64,000 nucleotides of DNA from the human T2T-CHM13v2.0 reference genome, Homo sapiens, in assembly GCF_009914755.1 (NCBI RefSeq), contig NC_060929.1; one strand, written 5' to 3'. The notes beneath the pieces are model-generated. The model had not been told where the DNA came from and did no database searches. It saw nothing but the letters and a program-made list of their open reading frames with translations. Positions 1 to 14,690 of this stretch are shown one piece after another; position 1 is the first letter of the stretch; each line of letters begins with the position of its first letter. Made by a program: the position numbers and the translations under genes.

Positions 1-179
1 AGCTTTTTATTTCTTAAAATTTCATAGCTTTTGAAAGCATTTCTATTTTCTTGCTTGTCATTGAAAACTTGTCTTAAAATTCAAGTTAGGTAGGATTTTA
101 GTAACTTCCACATTTCAGCTTTGTCCTGGCATTGTGGAGGATGCCAAGAACTCTAAGATGTGTCTCTTTCTTTCACAAT

Positions 180-370
180 CCTGGTTCTCAAATTTGAACA
201 CGCACCTGAATCATCTGGAGAGCTTGTTAATTAAAATACAGAGTGCTACCCCCTACCCCTGGAATTTCTAATTCTGCAAATCTAGGGTGGAATCTAAGAA
301 ATTACAGGTCTAACAAACTCTCAGGTGATGCTAATGTTATGGTCCAGGGACCACACTTGGAGAACTTCTG
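180..370 (+). mobile_element. MER5A (hAT-Charlie DNA transposon relic)
   Basis: Termini ggttctcaaa...ggaccacacttggagaac with internal gaatcatctggagagcttgttaa and caggtgatgctaatg, resembling the recalled MER5A consensus. Confidence 0.8.
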
Positions 371-2602
371 CTGGAGAACTGAGTCTCTAGTCCTGGTAAA
401 GAAGCAAGACAAAAACATGTATGAAGTAAAGGAATTGTATGCAGCAGCATAAGCTCAGAAACCAACTCAGAGAGACAATTGCTGTAAGAACTCTCAGGAG
501 GGAGTAATCCCACAGGCAGAAGTCATCAGAAAGGAAGTGAGACTTGGCAGGTTCTCACTGAATGAGTAGGAAGACGAGGAAGAAAGGCATCACAGACCAG
601 TGTACATGTGTTGTGTTCACATAGCAACCAAGCCACCATAAGGAGAGCTTCTCCACTGGCCAGCGGTTTGAAAAAATATACCAGGGCAGTGCGTGCAGAG
701 AACCATCAAATAAGACTAAAGGATCAATGGGCCTTAGGAACCACTGAAGGTTGTATAGTGGAAGGGTGATTGTTTAGGGAAGATTTAGTGATGTTTTAGT
801 GAGGATTAAAAAGCAACAACATACACATTGGATTGGTGCAGGGAGAAACCAGACAGAGGGAGGGTGCCAGCTACAGGGCAAATGCTATGATCCAGACAAA
901 AGCTTGGATCCAGACAAAAGCTTGAGAGAGGTTGAGGCAATGGAAATCCTGAGAGAGAGACAGACCAAAGAGGTAGAGGATTTAGTGACTTACCTGATAC
1001 GAAGGCCAATGCGACGGAGAGAGAGGGGAGTCAAAGTTTACTGAGGTTATGAACCCTATGACTGGGAGGAAAAATATAACAAAACATTTCATTCTGTTGA
1101 ACTATGCCCAAGTAATTCTGCTGACAATATGATATCACAAGGTACTGACTTTTAGGGAGGAATGGGAGAGTCTATTTTGGCAAGTTTCAAACTTTCCCTA
1201 ATCTTACAGGGTCAGGATTTCAAGTCTGAATCTCATTTGTGTCCAAACCCATTTAAACTCTTTAATAAGTGATTTCCTGTTTTAAAGAGGAAAAATGTAT
1301 ATTTTTAAAATTATTCAAAGGACTTAAATACTTCTTAGACATCAAACAAGTCTCAAGAAATAATATTTTGATGATTTAAGTAAAATTAAACAAAAACATA
1401 TGGAATGAATTTCTTTCAAACATACATCATGTTTAGAAAGTGAGGGTAAGACTGCTTCATAAAATGAATTTGCTGTTCTATCAAACCCAAAATGGCTGAA
1501 AAACTCTTCAAACATTTACAATTCAGCCAGATTTGTCCTACCCTGACTTCTATGCTATTGAATATCAGAATCTTTCAAGGTCATTTTACTTTTTTAGTCA
1601 ATGAATCATGACATTGGTTTCTACAAGATGTAATATTTATGGACTGTTTTGACATGTGTATCAGCAAAATAAGAGAATTCAGTTGAATCAATTGAATGCT
1701 CTGATGAGAGGTTCCATACACTTCCAAGATTGCCCATTGCTGACAGTAACCTATGATCGTGGTTTTCACATTTGGCAAGAGAGACTGTTCTGAGCAAACC
1801 CTCCTCCCTGAGGAGCTATGAGGAAGCTGACTAGCTTGCTAACTGTGGCCCACCTAGCATCTTTACCACCAACCTACACACACAGAAAGAGAGTGAGAGA
1901 GCAGCAAAGATGTATTATGGCTTTTGTGTCATACTCATCATACTTTATTTCCTTTCAACAGAAACTCCATTACCTTCGTCTTAGATTACGGCATCCCCTA
2001 AACCCTGTAATTTATCTTCCCATACCCCTCATTGATTCTAGCCTTGTACTCTGTCAAAGCATGGCTCCTCCTCTGCAAAAATACGTAATAATGGGCTATT
2101 CATTAGACAAACAAATCTGTGATTTTCTTCACACCTGAGCAGGAGAAAGAACTTTATGGGTCACTTGGTTCAGCCCCCTTATTATCAGCCGAGTGAAGAG
2201 AGCTCCTCTATGGGACACAGCTGGTCAGTAGCCAACCCAGGATTAGCGTGCAAGTCTGCTAATTTCCCATCCAATTTTTTCCTCTTTACACACACTATCT
2301 CTTGGACACCTGCTTTTTACAAATGACTGCATTACTCCCAAGTGACTGTTCTTTTTCTTAAGACAAAAAGGAACCATTTCCCTGGCTGATTGATTGTTCA
2401 TCATTTGCTCTCAACTTTCTGCAAAACTATCTCAGTTAAAACATTTATGGTCATCCTTCCTAGAGACACTGAGGGCAGGGGAGGTATTGTTGGTCAGAAG
2501 AGCACTTCCATGGTGTTCATATCATATTTCATGATTTACTACTGCTGACTCAACTAATGCCTAAGGCCATATCTCTTCCACATAACTACGCTCAGTTTAG
2601 GA

Positions 2603-2810
2603 TGGTGATTTGCAACCAGGGGATATTTCTGCCCCCCAGGGGACATTTGTCAAAATCTAAAGACATTTTTGGTTTTTACAACTAGAGCATCCTACTGGCA
2701 TCTAGTGGGTAGAGGTCAGGAATGCTGCTAAACATCCTACAATGCATAAGACAGCTCCCTGTAACAGAATTATCCAGCCTCAAATGACAATAGAGCCAAG
2801 TTTGAGGTCA
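2603..2810 (+). mobile_element. MER20 (hAT-Charlie)
   Basis: tgccccccagggga-catttg...ctactggcatctagtgggtagaggtcaggaatgctgctaaacatcctacaatgca are MER20 hallmark segments. Confidence 0.85.
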
Positions 2811-5539
2811 TGTGTTAGGAGAGGGGGCTGAAGTAGACATTAGTACAAGAATTTCAGTATATCGCTAGGTTTCAAGATAACAGCTAGATCCTTCGGTCTT
2901 GGAGCATTCATTCAGCAGCTATCATGTGCCAGGCATTACTCTAGGTACTGCTGCCAAATTTATAATCTGATTGTCCTCCTGCCTAGATATTAGAAACATA
3001 GAATGCTGCAGCCCTGAAAGATTCTGACACAGTGAAAGATAAGCGTCTTCAGCCAGATATGTTCCTAAGCCTACCACATTACAGACAAATAAAACGCTGA
3101 ACCCGTTGGAAGGCATGGTGTAGTTCACTCATTCCTGGGATCAACAGCAGCCATTTGGACCTGGTGGAGAACTTTCAAAGATGAATGCGGTGTCAGTGCC
3201 CTGAAGCCATCCAAGAACAACTAGACAGGCATCTGTAAAGAATGCTTTGCAAAGTGAAAAACGGCCACGTGGTTTCTTTTGTTGCTGTTGTCATTGTTCT
3301 GCCAAGTGAAAAGCAAATGATGCTTTAAATATTTCAAGAAAGAAAAATTTCCCTTTGATACTACATCTTACTTACTTTCACCAAAATGTCATCCTGTTAG
3401 GCTGGGTGCTATCAGGGACATATCAAAAGCCTCTTTTATCAGTGTTATTTCTACTTTGAACATATTCCTTTAATTTAAGTCAGTATGGCTGGTTTGTATT
3501 AAAATATTGGAAAGGTTCTTAGGTTTCAGACTGATAGTAAATCCATAAAAAAACAAATGGCTTTTCCATTTCCGGGAAATCTAATTAAATGTTGTGAAAA
3601 CAAATGTGCTCTGGTGTGGCATATAATGGAATAATATCGAAGAATAAATCTTGGGTTTCTGTTGTTTGGTAAGCTCTTTGAACTCTGGAGAATGTGAGAA
3701 AAATACCTTCCCAAGCTAGGGATCTGGGAACAGGGAGATAAGGAATGACAAATACTCTCTCAAAACTACTCCAGATTCTCCACACCATAGAAACCTAAAT
3801 CAAATTAACGGAAGACCTCTAACATAGCTCTCCTGCCGGGTGGCAAATTTTGTATCCAAGAGGTTTTCTCCTTATAGTCCCTACCAGAATCCTCAAGTGA
3901 AAAAAAAAAAAGAAAGAAAAAAGAAAATGTGTCTCAGCCCCTCCCCCACTACCACCACCTCACACTCAATCCAACTTGGTAATGGTGGATCCCACCACAA
4001 GATGGCGGTCATAGTTTATCTTTGTTTTCAGTGCTTATCTCGACAAAATATTTGTGAGGCTCAGTGGTGGTGCTTCAGGGGTCTCTTTGAAAGTACATGG
4101 GGTGTTGTAGTACTCCATAATCTACATGGGTTCCTTTCTTCCCAGCCCACATGTGATCTAAACAAAAACAAAGTGTTCGCTGTGTAAACACAGCTTCCAG
4201 GGAAATCCTCTTCCAACCAGAGGGCTGCTTATAAACCCATTCTATAACAGAAATTTGATGCCAATAGGTAGGATTTCTATTTTTTACCGAAAATAATTCC
4301 TTGTGACTTTTGTCTCACCATTTACAAGCTTTTGCATGTACTATCATATTTCATGGTTTATCATATTTCTGACACCCTCCCCCTGCCCTGGGGCCCCTTA
4401 CTTAGCACCGTTTCAGAGCCAGAAAGGAGGCCTGTTGAGCTTCTCTGTACTGACCTGAGCAATAAATCCTGCCCACCCCGTATCTCCTTTCTGGCCTGTA
4501 TCAAGGGGATTGTGCTTTAAAAGAAATAAGCCTACCTACTCTTCTGCCAGCCTAAATCCAAGGGGAGATCACTCTCAGTAAGTTTCATCCACCCATCTTG
4601 CTTTCCAATTGAAGAAGAGAATTAATTATCAGTGGCTTTTGTACAAGTTGACTTTTATAATTTACCATCAAGATGTACATCTGCCCTTTTCCTGGACATA
4701 AGTCAAGCACTTACTATCCTACTAATTCCCCCAAGTCTCTATAGTTCATCTTAAACTGCAGCACTGATGTGTTAAATTACTTCCCTGACATAACTGGCAG
4801 ATAGCGATCTCAAATCTCTGGCAGATAGAAATCTCATTGTGAGCCTCTTCAGCTGGAGCGGCCTCCTCACCTAAGTAACATCACAGTTGCATCCTGTCTA
4901 GTCCTTTCTCATAATGCCACTTGGTGCAGCTGTGTCTGTGTGGCTCTATCTGTGTAGGTCTGAGTATGGCTCCTTGCATGTGTGTAGTGAAAGGTCATGG
5001 AAGCTGTCAAACAACTCTGATCCAATTGAGTGACAGCATCACTGCAAGTAAAGACATAGTGGGAAAAAAAAAAAAACATTCAATATTGAAATAATTACCT
5101 GAAAGACTGTTCTTAGTTCTTTGGCCTTCAGAACTGCTATAAGTAGTAATTTCTGACTTAAATATGTTAAGAGGCATATTTAAGCATAAAACACTAAGCT
5201 AAAACATAGTAAGCAACTTTCAATATATTGCGGGTTTGCTACCAGAGAGTTGAACTTTTATGCTATTTTCAATCTTTCTCCCTCTGAGATGACTGAGCAA
5301 TCCAATATTCTTAAGTAGGCAGTTTGTCTAACATGACAGTATGAACATCTTACTGCTTTTATTTTCTTTGCAAATCTGCATTCCCTCCAACCACCCCACC
5401 CTTAGGAGGGCAGGGACTCTATATTGTACAACTTTGAGACATCAACACCTAGTGTGATGCCTACATAATGTCAATGGATGATAAATGCTTTTTAATTAAA
5501 TTAAACAAATGACTCTGCAGAGCTCTTCTCAATTAAAAA

Positions 5540-6090
5540 AAAAGTTTATAAAACTGAGCAAAAGATATGACCAAAAATATATAAATCTCCACTAAACACA
5601 TAAAAAGAATTTCACCTATACTATATATCAGGGAAATGCAAACCAAAACAATAAAATATTTTTCATCTATCGGACATCATTTAATTTAAACAATTATTGA
5701 AATGTTACATCTTGACAAGTAGAAAGGACACTCATAGTATAAATTGATTCAATTTGACATTGTCTATCCAAACTTGAAATGTGCATACTCTTTGATCTAG
5801 TAATTCCATTTTGAAGAATCCATATGGGAAAAAAACTCAATATGTGCACAAAAGTAGAAGATTCAATAAAGCATGGTTTGTTATTGAAAAAAATTGAGAA
5901 AGCAAATGTCCATTAATAAAGAAATGGTAAATAAATAATAGTGCATCCATATGATGCAACACTGAGGCAACATCAAAAAGAATGAGGTAGACTTTTTACT
6001 CATTTTGGAAAATCTTCTACATCTAATTAAGGAGAAGAGCAAGTTAACAAATAACAAAGACATAATCCCATTTGTTTTCTTTTCTTTTTT
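5540..6090 (+). mobile_element. Old L1M 3' fragment
   Basis: Degenerate L1 3'-end phrases: atcagggaaatgcaaaccaaaac, ctttgatctagtaattcca, aaatgtccattaataaagaaatggtaaataaa. Confidence 0.6.
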
Positions 6091-7905
6091 TTTTCCAGAG
6101 GGGCCATATATGGGTATATGTGTGCAAAGTAGACTTTATTAAAGAGTACTCAGGTTGGACACAGAGGAAGGGGACATTATAGCAACTTAAATGATTTTGA
6201 GCTAAATGTTATTCTTCTCTTTATGAGTCTTAGTAGGATGTTTACACTGACTGCCTTACCTTGTGTAGTGGCCCCCAGCCCCATGCCTTCTCAGTGGTTT
6301 TTCTCGTTTCTCAGTTTTTTTTTTAAGTTAATGCGTGTATATATGAAGCTATGAAATGCAATTATCTTTTTTTAATTTTTTTCTTTCTACTGTTTTTGTT
6401 TGGTAAATTAGAAGATTTTAATTTGCCTTGCTCATCAGATTCACTCAGCTTGTCATAGTGACTGGAAATACTCAATAATGGCTACATAAATGGATGGATA
6501 GAGGAACACAAACAGGCTCCCTTTTTTTCTTAGTTGCCAGAATCTCTAAAGGTGTTTATTGAAGATGGTTTTCACACCTTAGCCACGGAGAATGAAGAGG
6601 AGGTATCTGCATTTTAATAAGGAATTATGAAAGACAGAAAGAAAGGAATTTTAGCATGGAGTTTTGTTTGCAAGACACCTTCAGTAAAATATTCACTGAA
6701 TGAATGACAAATTTCTGGTGTTGGAATTGATATAAAGGAGATATTTAGGGAGATTGAGTCTTTCCAGTATCTTAAAAATAATTATTGGAACAATTCAGGA
6801 GGACATTTGTTAAAAGATTTAAAAATCACTTATAATCTATCATTCTTACTCCTTTCTTTCCTATTTTCTTTAATAAGTAATGCCTGGTTACATTTTTGTT
6901 TTAGATTCAAACCGTACAGATGTTTGAATAGATAAAAATAAAAGATAAACAACTCTTTATACCCCTATTTCCACTCCCCTCCCAGAGGAAACCATCAGCC
7001 AATTAGATGTGTGTTTTTTTCTAGTACCCCCTCTGCATCTTACAGCTATCTATGTACATGTGCTCACTTTTTATTTTTGTCCAGATCTCCAAGGGGAAGT
7101 CATACCTAAGAAAATTACTAAGAAATTGATCCAAAATTTGAAACTTATTGTTGGAAGGCTGGTATTAGGGAAATGGTGTTATGTAAATAACTCATAATAA
7201 CCTAAATTCATGCATGTAGGACTCACACAATGTGAGGACTACTTACATATATCATGAACCACTACCCTCTTAGAAAACTGAGTTTTCAGTGCACTGGTCT
7301 TTCACATGCTTTTAAAAAAAAACAATATTTCATAATGGATAGGGATATATAAATGTGGAGATAAAAATTGAGATTAATCAAAAAGTCTAGAGACTTGGCA
7401 GTAGGGGAAAGAGAGAATAAGAGAGAAATTTGGAAGAAGGCAGAGAGGCATGCGTAGAGCTAGGAGACCAGTTAGGTGTCTAATAGCCAGGCAAAAGAAG
7501 GTGGTAGCTAGGGGTAGAGATGTAGGAAAGTAGACAGACCATGGGGGTATATTTGGTAAGTAAAGTAGAGGGAATTTGATGAGGAATTATGCAGGAAAGG
7601 GGAATGTCGAGGATGAAGCCTACATTCCTAGGCTCGCATGACCAAATGGATGGTGTTGACTTTTGCTGAGTCATGGAGCACTGGAAGACAAGAAATGCGG
7701 TGGAGGGCAAGCAATGGCGCTCATGAGGTCAATCCTCAATAGACTAAACGGTCTTTCAAACAGCTAACTAGAGATTCTGAATAGGAGCTCAGAACAGCCT
7801 CATAGGCTGGAAATGTAAGCACAGAAATCACTGACCTCTAGATGTATGTGAGGTGATGTCAAGTGGGACAGACAGCTGCTGAGTAGAAACAGAAATGAGT
7901 GGTGG

Positions 7906-8554
7906 TGTATGGGGCTCAGAAAACAATACTCCAACATGAAAGCCTTAGAAGCAGCTCTCTCTGACTTTTTCCTTCCCTCCTGCCTCTGGCCCCTCATTTT
8001 CCTTGGAGGCTAGCCACAGAAACTAGAATCCCCCTTCCCCAAGGCAGGTCATAGAAGCCAGAACCCCTTTTCTCCAAAGCCAGCCATAAAACCTAAAAAC
8101 CACTCCAGGTTTTCCCCCACTTTCCTGTGTAAAAACTGGCCATAGATAAATTATCTGACTTACCCTATTTGACTGTAGGTCATAAGATCCCCATTCCAGA
8201 AAGAGCCCTGCCACATACACAGAAGAAAGAAATGCATGCTCAGAGATGTCAAGAAGAATCTAGATGAACAAGCCTTACTGGGCTTCACCATTCAGTCTGT
8301 TAGCATTAGATCATACCTGTTTTGTCCAATCGCATTTCTACACAACTATCTGTACTTTGTTGAACCTAAACACAAAAATGGACAGTTTTCTCCTGTATCT
8401 TTGAGTCTTCCTTTTGAAGGCTCCCATGTCACTTAAAACTATGATCAAATGAATTTTTACGCCTTCTCTTCTATTAATCTGCCTTTTCCCGGTGATTTTC
8501 AGTGAGCCTCCAGAGGGCAACGGGGAGGTTTTTTTTTTTTTTTTGGCCCCAACA
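7906..8554 (+). mobile_element. MER39-like solo LTR (ERV1)
   Basis: Begins TGTATGGGGCTCAGAAAAC and ends GGCCCCAACA, about 650 bp. Internal ggctagccacagaaactagaatc, ccaaagccagccataaaacctaaaa and tttgactgtaggtcataaga match the recalled MER39 consensus. Confidence 0.75.
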
Positions 8555-8859
8555 GGGGTCAGTGACAAAAATTACCCAATTATGACAGAACCAGATCTGG
8601 TAACCATAAAGTCCACTGAGATAAGGCCCAACTGCCCTCTAGTGGAATTCAAGCCATTTTAACAGCCTGCAACAAGAAATACATTAAGCTGATTTTCACA
8701 TGACTGTGAGCAGAAACGCCCGTAGGCTTTCTGTGAAGAAAAAAAGTACCTCAAGGCAAGATGCTTACCTCTCTCTACAAGGCTGTCAATAAAATTAAGT
8801 TTCTCTATTAGTGGAACTTTTAAAAATACAGTGAATCAATAACTGAGGTTTTGAAATAC

Positions 8860-9160
8860 CTGTCTGCAGTCTCTTTTCCAAAATTCAAACATCTGAAAGT
8901 TTCTAAAAACCAAAACTTGTTTGTTTGTTTTCTAAACTCACTTGGTGGCAAAACCTAACTTGATTTGAACTCATTTGGTGGCAAAATCTGACCTGAATTT
9001 CTAATTATTGACTATGTCTGCTGGTCCAGGCCCAGATGAGAGTGTTACATAGTAAATGCACCTCATTGCCTCTTTAAAAAAATCTAAAATATCTTTTAAC
9101 AAATCTCAACTCTAAAAATTCTAAGTCTCATGTGTCCCTGAGGTTTTTATTTAAAGGATC
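8860..9160 (+). mobile_element. MER46C-like (TcMar-Tigger) relic
   Basis: Motifs aactcatttggtggcaaaatctgacctgaa and gtgttacatagtaaatgcacc; family call is from memory. Confidence 0.5.
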
Positions 9161-9192
9161 AGGCAGATTACCAATGGCAGAAGATATCATAA

Positions 9193-9507
<315 letters not shown>

Positions 9508-11825
9508 TGAATTTTTAATCATAGGGATGTTCAAAGAAGGAAACTTACCCTGAGTCATTTAAACAAAAACATATGCAGGCTCAAGTTATCTAAGATTCAG
9601 CAGAAGTGCAACAGGGAATCAGCAAAATACACAAGTACTAAAGTTTAACTTTTCCAGGATTTGCCATTGAATGGGCTGCCACTGTCCTGATAACGTGTGT
9701 GTGTGCATCATGCTTATGAATCAGGAGGCAGGCATCGGCTGTACGTTCTTCACTCTTCCTGAGCTGTAAGCCAAGGCCACGGGTATCCATGCTTTGACAT
9801 ATGCAGGAAATACAAGTGCAGTGGACTCAGTAAGAACCTAAGTCCTAATCTAGTTCTCATCTTCATATAAATCTTAAAATCAGAAAAATCTAGATGAAGA
9901 TTCTATACCATTTTCCCTTAAGAAATACATAATAAATAATAATAAGCATTTTCTACTAAAACCATGCCAAGGGAAAAATACTGCATGCTCTGAAGGGCCC
10001 CTCACTACTTACATGGAAAAATCTATGATAATCTCATTCCTTGTGTTTTTCCAATTGTTGCATGGCCCAGGGCCGGAAGCAAGCCAGGGCAGAAATATCA
10101 TTGAAAATTTTTATTTTATCTATATGTACTAAAAACAGACTAGTTTAAAATGCAATGCACTCTCCAAAAAAGAAGTACCTTAAATTCATTTAGAATTGGA
10201 GACTTTTACATGATGTTTATTCATTCATTCAGCATATATTTATTATGTGGCTCCTAGGCACCAAGAATTGCTCTAGATACAATGAATAAGACAAAGTCCT
10301 CCTGATTCATGTATGGGGCAAAGAAGCCAGGTAGCATTATCTGCATTTTACAGATGCAGAAACAAGATTGAAAAACAATAAAGGTAGTAGGAGAAAAAGT
10401 TGCCTGCAAGCCTTCTGCCATAAGTCTCTCTCTACTGACCCATGGCCAGTGCTGTGCAGCATTCCCAGAGGCCAAGGCAGACATCAGAGATAAGGCCTAG
10501 AACATTTGCAAGGTGAGCAAAGGAGAAAGTCACAGAGTGAGCCAGAACAGATACCTCCTAGCCCCAAAGTGAGAGGAACAACACAATGGCTTCTTTTCGT
10601 AAAGAGGAAGGTATTGGGGAAGACTGATCCCAACACCAAACACATCAAAATCCAAACCTAGATTATTTTTAAATCTTCTTCTAGAATGGATAAGGTGGTA
10701 ATATTCATTTATGACTAGTATAATTATTATGCTTTTCTTCCAGGTTTGCCTTAAGCTGAGCGTTCAAAAAATATATATATAAAGTAATCCTAAGAACAAC
10801 ATATCTTGATTTTACAGCCTTTCTTTTTCCTTGCCAAGAACCCTAGAGCATTTTGTGAGAGGGTATTAGATTCCTAATGAGCAGTAGCAAGATAGGAGGT
10901 GTTTCCACAGTCTCTTGGAATTTCGTGAAGAAAGTTAAAGGCAATGAAGAGGTCACCAAAGGCCACAGATCCATTGTGTAAAGTCTGTATTCATGCATAT
11001 TTTATAGACAGGTATGGTAAGAGTTAGAAATGTTACAGTTCTGTGAGCTTTTGGCTCCTAAGGGATTGAGATGGGCCAAAAATGCAGGTAAACAAAATAC
11101 CAGCTGAAAATTCCTCTACAAGAATGCTTTGGAATATCACACCTGGATTTTGGCTCCAAGCCACCACAAACAGAGTATTTGGGCTTACTGGCATTGAAAC
11201 AAGAATATCTGTGGGAGTAATCAGGGGGAGTAGATGGCTTAGGGGGCTGATAATGGGATATATTTTGTCTCTTATCTTCTGGCTCAAATTCAGCCCAGGT
11301 GGAAAGTGACTAAAAATGGCTGCCTCATTGTGGCCTCTGGTCTTGGTAATTTCTACTCAGGTCTGGGTAAACAAAGATCCACCTCCCTCAGATAAAAGGC
11401 TCAAAAGAGAAACTTGGAGAAAATGTCTAACAGATCTGCCAAGAACTCAATGGGTCATAAAAAAAAAAAAGAAAAATAATAATAAAACCGAAAGAAAAAA
11501 GAGAAAGAAATGGGGGAACTAAAGCTTCCTCACCTTAACAGGTGGTTAGAAACTGGCACAAGAGCCGTTCTTGCAGTAAACCCATCTGGGGTCTTGAAGG
11601 AGGGCTCTTGTAAAGATGCAGTCAGTTAGGCATGAGAAAGTCAGTAACTAGATTATAACATATAGGGCAACATCTCAGCCTCATGTAACACTCAGGCAGA
11701 AAGAGAGGAGACACAGCTAGATTTAATTGAATACCTAATACACGAATGTTTGAAATCCTTTCATCAACTTGCTCATCAACATGTCCTTCATTTCCAACTT
11801 TCTGAGCTACAACCATCCTTCTGGG

Positions 11826-12030
11826 CTGGAGTTTCTCAGCCTCAACAGTGCTGCCATTTTGAGCTGGATAATTCTTTGTGGCTGCTGTGCACATGGTTGA
11901 GCAGCATATCTGGCCCTCCCACCAGATGCCAGTAGCAGCCCCCAACTTCCCCAAAACTGTGACAACCCAAAATGTCTCCATACATTGCCAAATGTCCCTG
12001 GGGGCAAAATTGCCCTTGATAAGAAGCACT
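11826..12030 (-). mobile_element. MER20
   Basis: Reverse complement of MER20: ccaccagatgccagtagc...gtgacaacccaaaatgtctccatacattgccaaatgtccctgggggcaaaattgccc. Confidence 0.85.
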
Positions 12031-12044
12031 GCTCTCCGATGAGG

Positions 12045-12245
12045 GACCAAGTAGAATAGTGAAGAGCATGAGCTCTGGAGCCAGCAGACCTAGGTGTAGG
12101 TCCGAATTTCACTTCCTGTCTGTGTGGCCTTGGGCAAACTATTAACCACCTTGACCCTCAGCATCCTTATATGGGCCACTATTACCCTGTTGTGGTCTTG
12201 GGAAGATTAAATGAGATATACCCTGGCACATGATAGGTGTTCAAT
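12045..12245 (+). mobile_element. MIR SINE
   Basis: gagctctggagccag...tgtgtggccttgggcaaact...gaagattaaatgagat...ctggcacatgataggtgttcaat. Confidence 0.75.
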
Positions 12246-12639
12246 TTTCAGTTTTCTTCCCTCCTGTTATCCACGACTCTCAATTTAGAGATATCTTTCA
12301 TAGTATTCTAACCTCTCTCCTTCTCCTACTTACCATCAAATCTTTTTTTTTTCTTTTCCTCTGGTCTGCCTCCATGGTACAAACACTGAAGTGAAATCAA
12401 AAGACTTGGAATTATGCCATAGCTTTCTGCTTACTGGCTACATGAACTTGGACACGTTATTTAACCTGATTTTGGGTTCTCTGATATTAAATCAGTCTTA
12501 TCATCTTGGTATCTACAAAACTGCATGAGGTTATCTCTTCCCTGCTCAAAAGCCTGATCTGGCCCTCTTTTGCTTTGTGAGTCATGCAAAACATGGATTG
12601 CAGGCTCCCTTTTCTTTACTCAACAAAATTTATATCTCA

Positions 12640-13190
<551 letters not shown>

Positions 13191-14029
13191 ACTCTCAATG
13201 CAGTTAAGTGGACCTGCTTACCATCCCGAGCTCATGACTAACTCCCTCCTACTTCCAAAGGTTTGCCCAAATTACTGCCCCTACCTGGATTACTTCCCCA
13301 GCTTCTCTCAGCCAGTCTATGGCTTTTTCCTCTTTCAAAACTAGCTCCCTTTAAGAATCTTCCCACTTTCCTCTGGTACTGGGACTTGCTCACCCAAGCA
13401 AATTCTTAGTCCATGCATGATATGTGATGCTTAAAACTCAAAATTTATTTTTGAACAAAAATAACCAGCCTTCCTAGAGAACACTGAAGACAGGGGAGGT
13501 ATTATTGGCCAGAAGAGCACTTCCACAGTGTTCATATCATTAGGCCTCAGAGAAAAAATTCTGGAAGGACTTCTACAAAGGATATTACAAATCAGAACAT
13601 CAGTTTGAACTCTTCTTGTTTAACTGATGTCAAAGATAGTTTATGAGCCATACGTGAAGGACCACGTTGTTAAAGTTGAAAAAATAAAACTCTACAATTC
13701 ATTTTTATCAACACACCTTGCTCATCATCCTTGGCTCTAAATATCTATTAGAACTTTCTAAATATTAAGCCCACCATTAAAGGATGATTTATTATTCTGG
13801 GTAATATGAAGAAATTGTACCACATGATCTGAACAAAACTTCAAAAATATTTTGAGCAACAGCAATGTTATTGGAATAAGTGTGCAGGCTTCCAAGCCAA
13901 TTACTTGGGTGGAAACGCTCATTTGAATAAACAAATTATGACACATTTTCATTGTAAAAAGTTGTCACTATCCAACACAATATCTTAATAGTTTAATTAC
14001 TGTTACTAACTCAAAGTCTGTTTGATTAG

Positions 14030-14231
14030 AGTGGTAGTTCTCAATGAGGGGACATTTGGCAATGTCTGGAAACATTTTTGATTGTAACAACTTGGGAGAA
14101 GGGTGCTACTGGCATCAACAGAGTAGAATGTAGAGGCTCAACATCCTATAATGACGAAGACAGCTCCTCCTTCCCTTCAACAAAAAATTGTCTGACCAAC
14201 AATGTCAATAATGCCACTGTTGAAAACACTA
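14030..14231 (+). mobile_element. MER20
   Basis: gttctcaatgaggggacatttggcaatgtctggaaacatttttgattgtaacaact...gtgctactggcatc...aatgtcaataatgccactgttgaaaac. Confidence 0.85.
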
Positions 14232-14449
14232 GATTAAGTGTTTCTATGCCTCTGTGACATATTTTCTTGTATATTTTGGTCTGTCTCCTCTCTGTAGTAG
14301 GAATTTCTTCTTCCTCATACTACTCAGTGCAAACCCATATAGATAAAAGCAATGACAGAAATGCTACGTGACTAGTTAGCAAATTTTCTCTGTAATTGGA
14401 AATCCCCATTAATCAGAAGTCATTGTCCCAAGAAGGCATGACAGACAAC

Positions 14450-14690
14450 AGCATAATGTCATGACTGCAAAGGTGGACTCTGGAGCCAACCTTCCTGGGT
14501 AGAAATCTCAGCTCTGCCATTTATTTACCAGCTCTGTGACTTGAGGCAATTTACTTACCTTCCTCATGCTCTAGTTTCTTCATCTGTAAAATGGGAACAA
14601 CACTATCTCTTATCTCATACTATTTTTGTGAAGGGAAAATAAATTGTTAAGTGTTTCTTAAATGAAGTGCTCGGTAATCATTAGTTTTAT
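14450..14690 (+). mobile_element. MIR SINE
   Basis: ggactctggagccaac...ctcagctctgcca...tgtgacttgaggcaatttactta...agtttcttcatctgtaaaatggg core. Confidence 0.8.
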
